From Tortispora ganteri (lineage: Eukaryota): a DNA stretch of 64,000 nt. Made by a program: the position numbers and the translations under genes. Shown piece by piece: positions 43,485 through 53,303 of this stretch (positions within the stretch are counted from its first letter, which is position 1; each line of letters opens with the position of its first letter). The stretch covers positions 248,001 through 312,000 of the forward strand of contig PPNB01000002.1 in assembly GCA_003707115.1 (NCBI GenBank), read 5' to 3'. The notes under the pieces were generated by a model, which was given only the letters and a program-made list of their open reading frames with translations, did not search any database and was not told the origin of the DNA.

Positions 43485-44346
43485 AGAATACTTTAATTAT
43501 CGAACGGCAAACTGTGCGTCATATATATGATACTTCCTTCTCTATCCCATACAATCTAATCAGAACAGACTTTGAAGTTTCGTGCTAACGTCTTCGTCCA
43601 GCCCCTATATTTGAAACAATTTTGCATGTCACCTCTGCATTACTGCGATTTTTAAGATTAGCTCAAAAGAAGCTTTCTTATGAGTATCTGATATCGGCAA
43701 CAGTGTGATGTTCTATTAGGGGGTACCCGCATTTTTCCCCGAAGTGTACCATAATTGCATTGGAGTGCACTATTTGTACCCCTGGCGCTTTGCAGATGTG
43801 TTATGCGCATATTGAACTGTATCTACTTGTACCGGTATGTTCAATCGACAGCATGAACCGCACCTTGTTGTTCATATCAAAACAATATGTGTGACAACAC
43901 CCATATTCTATTGATCCAGAAGAATGCGGATTGCCGGAAATTTGAACCATGACAATGGATTGCAAAGTATAAATTCTTGTCTTTGTCTCCGTGCCTCCGG
44001 CGAGATTCAGAGGTCACAATTTTTCGCCAGATCCAGGATCTTGATTTCCGTAAACGGACTATCACATTTCTAAGTTTCATGGCTTAACTATATCACACAT
44101 TGACTTTGCAACAAGACTTAGCAGCTTGCATGGTATATATTTACACTGGAAAATATTGATGCAATAATAGTTTCATCCCCCATTAGCGACACTCTTCCTG
44201 CGCCAGATTGCTCCAACTGCCCTTGGCGCTGTCAAAAAGTCCAGAAGCCGTTAGCCCCTTGCGGTGTTTTCCTCCCGGTTGCTCTTTTGTCCTCTAGCAT
44301 AATAAAATAAGCTGTAAATATATGCCTCTTAAGCCACTGAATATTT

Positions 44347-46875
44347 ATGCTCGTATTTCCTGTGAACAACGACGCGTATAGGAGCAGAAAGCGGGCTCAT
44401 AAGGCTTGTCAACAGTGTAAACGGAAACGGCGTCGTTGTCGACCAGCTTTAGATAGAGCGTACGCGGAATGCCAACCGTGTCTTAATGACGACATAGAAT
44501 GTTCTTTTCTTTCAACGGAAGAAGACTCATTTCATCCTCAAGCGCAACCGCAATGTAATTCAGGGTCTCATTCCGAGACAAATTATCAAACTCAGACAAC
44601 CTCTTTCGATGATGGCACAACTTTCAAAGATCCACCACCAAGATCAAGGAGGCGAAATTTGCAAGCATCAAATCAATATTGCAGCAACAGAAATTTAGCT
44701 ACACCCAGTCGGATTGCATCAGAGTTAAGTGTCAACAACAGGAATAGCAACAGTTATCAGAGATCGGAAAGAAGTAGAAACGCCAGACGGAATTCAAGCG
44801 CAGACAGCCAGCTGCAGTATGGAATGCAAACTTTTATTGGAGAGATGAATCCGTGTTCAGAGTTACTATCTTACCGAAAAAGGTCCAAGGACCTCGTCGG
44901 CGTATGGGTGTCAAACTTGAATCCGGTACCTGTTCTAGAGAATAATGTTCGTCAGTATCTGCATGCCATTGAAGCATTTAGTATTCCCGAAAACATCGAT
45001 CGACAAGGACTGATAGACTTATATTTCCAATCTGTGAATACCTTATTTCCAATTCTGGATCTTCAGGAATTCAACGACGCTTTACATAACCACAATATCT
45101 CTTTAATCTTGGTTCATTGCACATTGCTGGTAGCGGCTAACCATCCAATGGCACAATCTTTCCTTAGAGATTTACCGGCAGACGAGTTTCGTAAAAGCAC
45201 CATGCACAAGGTGCGCGCACTTCTGCACGCTCAGGTAGAGACAGATAGACTGAACTTGTGCCGTGCACACGCACTGCTGTCTCTCTGTTCGGATAGCGTA
45301 GCAGATACAACCTCATCGGCAATGGACATAAAGCAAGCCATACATTACGCAATGATCCTTGGAATCCATCAAGAGAGAAGCTATGTGAACGGCAGTATAA
45401 TTCGACGCCTTTTTTGGACATTGTTCTGTATTGACCGCATATCGGCTTCAGTCAACGCACAAGCCGTAACAATCAACTTAGAGGACGTTGGAATGTCGTG
45501 GGATGAGCCTAAAGAAACGAAGTTCGGGAGTCTGTTGAGTAGCTGTCTGACACTAGATGAAGTGATCAGGATGTACAGACCATGTGGAGAGAAGTATCCC
45601 GTAAATGTCAGCGAAGAATACGAAAACAAGGTCAGTATAGATGCCTGGGGCGATATTGATACGACAAGAAACAGTATCAGAGACATGCCGATATTTGCGA
45701 ACTGCCCAGACAAGCACGAAAGAGGGATTGTGGCGAGTTTGCATATTCTGCACTACTCAATATTCATATCGGCGCACAAGCGAGTGGACAACTCCAATGA
45801 CCAGACGATGACACAACTTAAGTACGTATCTTCAAAGATTCTGGAGATAGTGTCGACATACAAGGACATACTGCCACCACTGCCCTTTATTCCTTTCGCA
45901 GTGAGCCAAACGTTTACTGTTTTCCTAAAGATATACCCTGAGACTATGCTGCCTCGCGGGTATACATGGCAGGATGCGGCCATGCTGATAGAATTCTGTA
46001 GGCCGTTTCTGCAATCGGTACAGATGGTTCGACGAGTAGCGACGGTGGTGCTTGGAGGACGCAGCAACCATAGGAGCCTCGAAAGCCTGACCGGGGGCAA
46101 AGAAGAGGCCGAAGATTTTTCGGGCCAGCCGTCGCCAACCAGGGTGCTCGACGTGATGGAGCCTAAGACTCACATGCATTTGTCGCAAGACGTTCAATCG
46201 CCTTCGTCGTCGTCGTATGTGTCTGGAGCGCGACAATATGCGACCGACTTCATTGTCGGAGAGACTTCGAAGAAGCGCGATACTGGGAGCCTTACGGTTG
46301 CCGACAAGGACCCATTCACTGGCTACTGGAGTTCGACAAAATGTACTAGTGTGTATGCTGACGGAGAAAGTTTAGCTCCGCAACATGTTGAGCGGGATTA
46401 CAGGTCGGAGTCTATGTTTGCCAACGAAGGCAGCAGTCACAATAATACGAAGGCGGAGGAGCGCGGAACAGGTGTGGAAGGAGATCCAGCAGAGTACGAT
46501 GCCGAGTACCTGTTCCACATGACGTTGTTCTACCAGTCGCTGAATCGGGAGCGCGAGGGCCAGTCTGGGTACAGCACTGGAGAAGGGCAGGAGGATCTGT
46601 TAGGGCGGCAGGAAAGACACACTGCTACGGCGAATGTAGTCGAAAAGGAAGGAGATGAGGAGCCGCGACAAATGCTTTTACTACCATTTGAGCGACAAGT
46701 TATGGATATGATGGCTACTACGAGTCAAGGAGGAGCGCATCCTGTGCTGCACGAATTGCTAGTAAATTCTAATCCTCGTGAGTGGGTGGGACCTGATGGA
46801 ACGCTAGGATCATCTCACTCATTGACTCTTTCGTCTGCGGAAGCTATTTCTGAGAGCTGCCGAAACAATATGTGA
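44347..46875 (+). CDS. Zn(II)2Cys6 fungal transcription factor with middle homology domain
   Basis: C-X2-C-X6-C-X10-C-X2-C-X6-C at the N-terminus; LYFQSVNTLFPILD and RRLFWTLFCIDR motifs. Confidence 0.9.
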   Translation: MLVFPVNNDAYRSRKRAHKACQQCKRKRRRCRPALDRAYAECQPCLNDDIECSFLSTEEDSFHPQAQPQCNSGSHSETNYQTQTTSFDDGTTFKDPPPRSRRRNLQASNQYCSNRNLATPSRIASELSVNNRNSNSYQRSERSRNARRNSSADSQLQYGMQTFIGEMNPCSELLSYRKRSKDLVGVWVSNLNPVPVLENNVRQYLHAIEAFSIPENIDRQGLIDLYFQSVNTLFPILDLQEFNDALHNHNISLILVHCTLLVAANHPMAQSFLRDLPADEFRKSTMHKVRALLHAQVETDRLNLCRAHALLSLCSDSVADTTSSAMDIKQAIHYAMILGIHQERSYVNGSIIRRLFWTLFCIDRISASVNAQAVTINLEDVGMSWDEPKETKFGSLLSSCLTLDEVIRMYRPCGEKYPVNVSEEYENKVSIDAWGDIDTTRNSIRDMPIFANCPDKHERGIVASLHILHYSIFISAHKRVDNSNDQTMTQLKYVSSKILEIVSTYKDILPPLPFIPFAVSQTFTVFLKIYPETMLPRGYTWQDAAMLIEFCRPFLQSVQMVRRVATVVLGGRSNHRSLESLTGGKEEAEDFSGQPSPTRVLDVMEPKTHMHLSQDVQSPSSSSYVSGARQYATDFIVGETSKKRDTGSLTVADKDPFTGYWSSTKCTSVYADGESLAPQHVERDYRSESMFANEGSSHNNTKAEERGTGVEGDPAEYDAEYLFHMTLFYQSLNREREGQSGYSTGEGQEDLLGRQERHTATANVVEKEGDEEPRQMLLLPFERQVMDMMATTSQGGAHPVLHELLVNSNPREWVGPDGTLGSSHSLTLSSAEAISESCRNNM

Positions 46876-47266
46876 ATATATTAGTGTATTATTTTTTCTT
46901 TAATAATAATAAAAATGATTATTATCAATTACTGTAAACGATTTATTGCTGATCACCGCGGGGAATGATATGGGCTTTAATATTTAGCTCCTTTGACGTC
47001 AAAAAGAACCTTTAGATCGCCGATGGGTATATGTAATACTGTTCTTTGGGCATTACTATTGGGTTATACCTAGAAACTCTATCTTACTACCCAAATACGG
47101 ATGTATTCGGACTATGTAGGCGAATAAAATAGCTCGTATGACAAACCTTGCCCACCAGCCAACATCCACCCGGGATTTTTTTGGAGAACTATTTAAACAT
47201 TTATTAGGTCATTGCCGCCCTTTTATTTTTATTCTTTTCCATTTAACAGCGCAACTAATACAGAAA

Positions 47267-47929
47267 ATGAAAATATCTGACAACACTGAAAAGGACGCTT
47301 ATATGCGTCAGACCATCATCGGTGCAATCCAGGGCGGTTTGGTTGGCGGATCATTGGCTTTTGGTCTCAACTATCTTGCGATCCGGCGGTTCCCTTCCTA
47401 CGCAAGACTTCCAATTGGCGTTAAATCGCTTTTCGTCGCTGCTGGTACTTTCTTCTCTATTTCAGTAAGAGCTGAGCTTTTAGGCATGCGCTATGAGAAA
47501 AACCTCTATGTCGCCCCTGAAACTGTCAAAGACAAAGTACGATATGATTCTTTCTTAGAGAGAGCTCGCGCGGAATTTAACGAGAACAAGTATTCTTATG
47601 TATTCGGTGCCTGGTTGGCTTCAGTCGCAGGTTCTGGCTTCTACCTCTGGAGAGATAAGCTAATGACTCCCGCACAGAAAGTAGTACAAGCTCGTATGTA
47701 TGCTCAGGGTCTCACCGTGGTCCTGCTTCTCGCTACTCTCGCAGTCTCAGTCAACCCCAAGGATTATCAAAAGAAAGAGAGCGCGCTCATCATTGACCCG
47801 TCTGATCCTGAAAAGAAGCGTCTTATATGGGTTGACTCAAGCCATCCTAACTGGAAGCACGCTCACGTTAACGCTCCTTCCAAATCAGCTGCTACACCTA
47901 CCTCTTCCGCTACAACTCCTACTGCTTAA
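47267..47929 (+). CDS. RCF2: Respiratory supercomplex factor 2 (HIG1 domain)
   Basis: MKI start at 47267, ENKYSYVFGAW, AQKVVQARMYAQGLT. Confidence 0.88.
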   Translation: MKISDNTEKDAYMRQTIIGAIQGGLVGGSLAFGLNYLAIRRFPSYARLPIGVKSLFVAAGTFFSISVRAELLGMRYEKNLYVAPETVKDKVRYDSFLERARAEFNENKYSYVFGAWLASVAGSGFYLWRDKLMTPAQKVVQARMYAQGLTVVLLLATLAVSVNPKDYQKKESALIIDPSDPEKKRLIWVDSSHPNWKHAHVNAPSKSAATPTSSATTPTA

Positions 47930-48010
47930 GTACGGTATATTCACATGACAGGCCTTAAATCCTCCCGGTTGTGTTTATAGAAATCTATATTCATACATTC
48001 ATATCTCTTT

Positions 48011-49861
48011 TCACTCCTTCACTGTAGTCCAACTTGATCTCACCCCGCGATTTGCCAACTCTTCCACTACTTTGCGGGAATGGTTTCCCTGTAAGAGTAT
48101 TTCCAGCCCTGTTTTTCCCTCGTGTACACTAGACGAACCGGCACACACTATTCTTAGCCGCTCTGCAAGTCCGTTGGCGTCGATGTAGAACGGCTCGAAT
48201 CCGCTGATAATAGTTACATGACGATTCTTACCTTGACGTTTCTGAACCTGCACCGTTATTTTAGGAATCGGCCCTGATCTGGGCTTCCCAGCAGGAACGC
48301 CTTCTCTAGTAATCAAGTGGTATTGTTTGCACTGGTTCTTAAACACTTCATACACATCTGCACGCAGTTTGGTCCCTGATCCCACAAAGCTTAGCTCCTT
48401 TTCCAGTTTGATAGATTTTCTATCAGTAGTCATAAGCTTCTCCTTTTCCGAATACGCGTTAACAATATCCCTCAACTCAGTGACCGTGTAAAATTGCTTA
48501 GCGTCTTTGCCTAAAGCCTGGAAGACCTTTGTAGGTCCACTCTTCGGCTGATAAAATTCAGCAGCAGAAAGTTTCTGTGCTACAGAAACATCTGTTCTTC
48601 TGCCTTCATCGTCAGTAGAAACGTTTACAGGTGATGTCTTGTTCTTCTTGGGTTTAGGCAATGAATAAGGCTGGAACGATTCTATGTTTTTGTGTGCAGT
48701 ATTGACGCTCAGCACCCGTATATCGTCTGATTTCTCCTTGATCTTCACAAGACCATTCTTTTCAGCTGTCTTCAAAAACTTTGATGCTTTCTTCCAGCTA
48801 GTCTTCTTGAATGAAACTGCTGTAGGATCGTACAACCTCGCTTCGGCGGGGAACCGCGGCGTTATATGTTCAGATATGAGCGTAGACGCAGGTAAAGGGA
48901 AGTCTATACTTATCTCTCCGGACTTGTACAAATATAGGGTATAATTAAGTGCCGACCAGTAGAAATTCTCGACGTCATTGACAGATAAATGACGTAGGTT
49001 GTGCGTAATAGAGTTCACAGTTTCTTGTTGCTCTTCAGGCGCTGGTGGATTCTGTGTTTGTTCAGAATTAGTTGAAATATCTTTAGGCTCCTCTATGACA
49101 CCATTATCTGGCAATAGGCCAGCGTCATTTTCGATGTTATGCTCAGGATTGACCATGAAAGCAGGCAGTTCAGAAGGCTTTGCGAGCTGGTCAGAAAGCG
49201 GCGCCAATTGATACAAGGTGTCGTTAATGACGTTGATTATCTGTACGGCTTTACCGTGCCTCTCTACCCGGGGAAGAGCCGCATATCGGTCTAGGTCCAA
49301 TAATGCGACACCTACTGCAACAGGAACTGTTGGGCTGTCGAATGTGGCTACAGCGACCACTGAGCCTTTCGGAAGAGATCCCAAAGGCTTGCGTAGTTCA
49401 TCCGGAAAGTCCGAGTAAAAGAAAGTACCTTTACCCATAAGGTCAGCTCCATTTTTAAGATGATCGAGGGTCCCAATTGGCGTGTAGACGAAAGAGACGC
49501 AGAAAGGATTGAGCCACACATCGTACACAGTTGGCACAATGACCGTGGAAGAGGAGATTCCTCTAGATACAGCTAACAAAAGTGGCTTGCCCGTTTCTGT
49601 TCCATATATACGGCCTTGAATAGTAAGTTCTTTTCCCTTTTGGTGTTCTTCTATTGCTGGTGCTCCAGTAAATCGTGCACCGTAAATCATCGAAGGCAAA
49701 GTGTGCTGCCACGGCTCTATGCCTTGCTGTTTAATAAAGTCATTGTTGATAGACTTTCGCTCAGATGATCGAACTGCAGAGCTCGGTTTCACCTACAGTT
49801 AGATCTTTGCTAGTACAATTGGTGAAATGGTAGTACTTACCTGTGGTTTTTTGCGAAACAT
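48011..49861 (-). CDS. TMA64: eIF2D/ligatin (Tma64), 2 exons: 49861-49841 and 49792-48011
   Basis: Removing intron 49840-49793 gives MFRKKPQVKPSSAVRSSERK; PUA-like LKNGADLM, KKTSWKKASKFLK, C-terminal SUI1 domain. Confidence 0.88.
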
Positions 49862-50002
49862 GTGCTATGTCAGAAATAAGGTTGCTGAGAGTCAGCAGCA
49901 TATAATGTCTGCGTTTCAATTAAATAAATAAGATATCTATCAATTATTAATATTCTATTTGAAAAGATATGTCATCAAAGAGCACAAAATGAGAAAATTT
50001 AA

Positions 50003-51706
50003 TTAATGTCCATTTTGTGTTTGTTCAGGAGCGCTGCTGATTTTGTAAAACCAGTCTGAACCTTCATCGTACTCGTACACAGCGCATTCAACACCGTATG
50101 GTTTTGGTTCTAACATGTAAAGAGTATGCAAAGGAACATCCAAGTCTCCAATACTCGAGCGATTCAGATTCATAAAGTAAGCCAGCAACACACGCGAAAC
50201 TACTCTGTGAGTGATAAGAAGAACATGGTCGTGCATACGTTCAAGCTCCACAATAACTGGTCGCAGCCTATTGATCACATCCAGGTAGGACTCGCCTCCA
50301 ATGCCAGGGTAGCGGTACGCTAATTTATTTTTCTTTCTGGCTTCATACTCTTCGGGGTATTTTTCTTTGATTTCATCATACGTCATGTGGTCAAGGCTTC
50401 CAGCATACAGTTCGTCAAGCATTCGCATCTCCTTGATATCATAGCGATCTTCGTCAAAATATGCTGCCGATTGTACAGATCTTTTCAGCATACTAGTCCA
50501 GACGCAGAACGGCAGTTCATCAAGCTCAGAATACGGAGAATTGGTGCCCGATCCAGCCGGGCTCTCTTTAGCTGCATACCTTCCACTTTGTATCCGTTTA
50601 TTGTACTCTTCCAATTGCTGGCGACGAAACTCTTCTCTTTGGTGGTCTATAAACTTAGTTAGAGCCTTGGCATATTTACGTCCACGTTCAGTTAGCGGCG
50701 CATCTCCACCAATATGTCCAGAGATATTGTCCTCGGATTCACCATGTCTAGTGATCCAGATTTGTCGTGGCTGCAAGTTGAAGTTTAGAAGGAAGAAAAC
50801 TGTTTGAGCAGCCAAAAATCCTTGTATATTATATGCAACAACTTTTTTACCCACATCTATCATTTTTATATACTGAAACCCGTCTATGCTCTCCTCAGTC
50901 TCACCAAGGGGTTCGTATGCCTTTTCGTAGTTCTTCACACGTAATCTGAAATCCTTTAAAGCAGTTTCTGGGTCCTGATCACGGTAATCTGGGCCCGACA
51001 GTTTCAGACGGAAATTTTGTTCCAGCAGTTCCGGGTCATTGCAGATGTTCTCGACAAACAGGATCTTGAGTTGGTTATTAGAACGTTCCTGGACTCGTTG
51101 CATAACACGGCGTCGTCGACGGACAGTTGTGTTCGTGGCATCGAGGATGCCAATAGACCCGCCCTCAATGAGAATAAAGTCAAGAAGTTTATCCAAAGTT
51201 TGCATAGCCCATTCTTCACGAATACGAGCGTTTGCTTGGTTCGAAGGGCTGAAGAATGCTGAGTCTTGGGTAGGAGCGATCGTTGGTGAACTAGAAGCAG
51301 AAGTGTCCGGCAATGGATGGGGCGCAGGACCTGCTTTAGCGTTTGCCTGGCGTCGAGTGTTGCCGACATTGAATATCTTTGTTTCATGTTGCTGCCAGTT
51401 CATATAGCGTGCGAGCTTCTTCGTGATGTACGATTTTCCTCTTGCAGGCAAACCTACCATAACTATGACTAGTTTTGATCCGACATCCCGATCAGAGATA
51501 GTGCCATCGGGACTGACTTTAGATTTTGTTAGGCCTGGAACATCTAATGTAGTAGCTCGTCTAGCCGATGGAGGTAGTTCAATAGGGAGGTTATCGATGA
51601 AGGAGTCTGAGGTGTTGTTTGACATCAAAGAGCCTTCCAGTAACGGAGATTGCGCAACAGATCCAAAAGGAGTGTCGGAAGGCGGTCGCTTGTTGAATTG
51701 AGCCAT
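50003..51706 (-). CDS. PFK26: 6-phosphofructo-2-kinase with fructose-2,6-bisphosphatase domain
   Basis: RRATTLDVPGLTKSKVSPDG, VGLPARGKS, DATNTT, ITRHGES. Confidence 0.92.
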   Translation of the reverse strand: MAQFNKRPPSDTPFGSVAQSPLLEGSLMSNNTSDSFIDNLPIELPPSARRATTLDVPGLTKSKVSPDGTISDRDVGSKLVIVMVGLPARGKSYITKKLARYMNWQQHETKIFNVGNTRRQANAKAGPAPHPLPDTSASSSPTIAPTQDSAFFSPSNQANARIREEWAMQTLDKLLDFILIEGGSIGILDATNTTVRRRRRVMQRVQERSNNQLKILFVENICNDPELLEQNFRLKLSGPDYRDQDPETALKDFRLRVKNYEKAYEPLGETEESIDGFQYIKMIDVGKKVVAYNIQGFLAAQTVFFLLNFNLQPRQIWITRHGESEDNISGHIGGDAPLTERGRKYAKALTKFIDHQREEFRRQQLEEYNKRIQSGRYAAKESPAGSGTNSPYSELDELPFCVWTSMLKRSVQSAAYFDEDRYDIKEMRMLDELYAGSLDHMTYDEIKEKYPEEYEARKKNKLAYRYPGIGGESYLDVINRLRPVIVELERMHDHVLLITHRVVSRVLLAYFMNLNRSSIGDLDVPLHTLYMLEPKPYGVECAVYEYDEGSDWFYKISSAPEQTQNGH

Positions 51707-52269
51707 TATGTCAAAAAGTATATGTCTGGAAATGAAAGATCAAATGATATAGTAAGCAAGATTGCTCTTGTAAAAGTAGAAGTTACTAATGCTAGAGTGG
51801 TACTCAGATTCAAGAATCAAGGCTGCACGCAGACACACGTTGCGCGTCGTCCTTCTGATAGTTCAATCAGCAAGTACCAAAGGACGAGCAGGAAGTTGAA
51901 TTTGTTGTTTTGCCACTTAGAAGAAAATTTCAAAAGAATAAGTAGAGAATCAGGCTGTTTAGACGATTTGGCCTCCTTGTTTACCTGCTCCTTTTTTTCG
52001 CTCTTGTTTAAGGAAAAAAGAAAAAAGAAGTAAGGGTCAGACCCCCCATTGGGATTTTTTAAAGAACCGTATTCGAGTCATTTTAGTCTCTATTTTCTCC
52101 TTTTTTAGAGTTTTATTATCTTCATTTTTAACAAATGACATACTTCATACGGCACTCGATATAATCGTTGTCGATCCGGACATTCCTATTGGTCGATTTA
52201 ATTGTCCGCGATGACTTCAATCACTATGGCCTATCTAGGTTTATACGGAAACCATACCATTCATCCACA

Positions 52270-53160
52270 ATGGACCCTGCAGTTATCGCCTCATTACCTG
52301 AAATAGACCGACAAGCAATATCGAACATATCGCTGCGTACTATTACAAAACTTAAAGGAAAGAATAATATCTATTTTGTGAAGTGCGGTTCTCCTGATCC
52401 AATTGAAGCCGAATCGTATTGCTTGAAATGGCTCGCAAAGGCTGTACCTGATTCTATACCAAAACTATACGGATGCGGTCCACTTCAATCAAACCCTGAA
52501 AAGTGGTTTATGACTGTGTCATATCTTGATCTACGTAGTGGTAATCGGTCAACTGATGTGAAAATGGCTAAAATGCTTGCAAAACTACACTCAACTCAAC
52601 TGTCAGACACTTTTGGTCTGCCAGACAGTCGAACAACATACTGCGGACCTACTCCACAGCATAATCCACCTACTAAGTCATGGACTGAATTTTTTTCTAC
52701 TCATAGGCTGAAATATATCCTTGAATTAAACCGAAAGGACGGTCATTGGGATTCTCAGTTCTCTCAGTTGGCTCACAAAATTATTAATACTGTCATTCCA
52801 ACACTGCTAGACCCTCTAGATATCAAACCAAGTCTAGTACATGGCGATCTATGGGCAGGAAATGCAGCATACATTAAAGTGTCTAATGAACTAGAACCAG
52901 TAATTTTTGATCCCTCCTGCACTTTTGCTCATAACGAATATGAACTGGCACTAATGAAAATGTTTGGTGGATTCTCTGCTAATGTGTTCGACGAGTATCA
53001 CAAAATTATACCTAAAAGTCATCCTGAATCTCAATACAACGACAGACTGATTCTTTATGAGTTATACCATCAATTGAATCACTCGCTCCTATATGGGGGA
53101 GGTGGCTATTACTCCACTGCCAAAGCTATCATGTCTCGATTAGTCTCAAAATACAGTTAA
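52270..53160 (+). CDS. Fructosamine/ketosamine-3-kinase family protein
   Basis: YFVK, LAKLH, TYCGPTPQHN, PSLVHGDLWAGN, FDPS, HNEYEL, MFGGF, LYELYHQLNH. First ATG is at 52270. Confidence 0.88.
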   Translation: MDPAVIASLPEIDRQAISNISLRTITKLKGKNNIYFVKCGSPDPIEAESYCLKWLAKAVPDSIPKLYGCGPLQSNPEKWFMTVSYLDLRSGNRSTDVKMAKMLAKLHSTQLSDTFGLPDSRTTYCGPTPQHNPPTKSWTEFFSTHRLKYILELNRKDGHWDSQFSQLAHKIINTVIPTLLDPLDIKPSLVHGDLWAGNAAYIKVSNELEPVIFDPSCTFAHNEYELALMKMFGGFSANVFDEYHKIIPKSHPESQYNDRLILYELYHQLNHSLLYGGGGYYSTAKAIMSRLVSKYS

Positions 53161-53303
53161 GATATCGTGTAAATAAATAAATATCAATCATGCATTATTT
53201 CTTCTTAATTGCTCTTAAAATTTAGTAGCAAATTTTAGTACATAGGATCGATTTGGAACACCCCTGAGAGTTTCCATTCCAATCCTCTTTTTTCTTCAAT
53301 TGT

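Noticed and set aside
43877..44080. 67-aa minus-strand ORF upstream of the Zn2Cys6 gene
   Set aside because: Short, with no recognisable domain; cannot be distinguished from a chance ORF.
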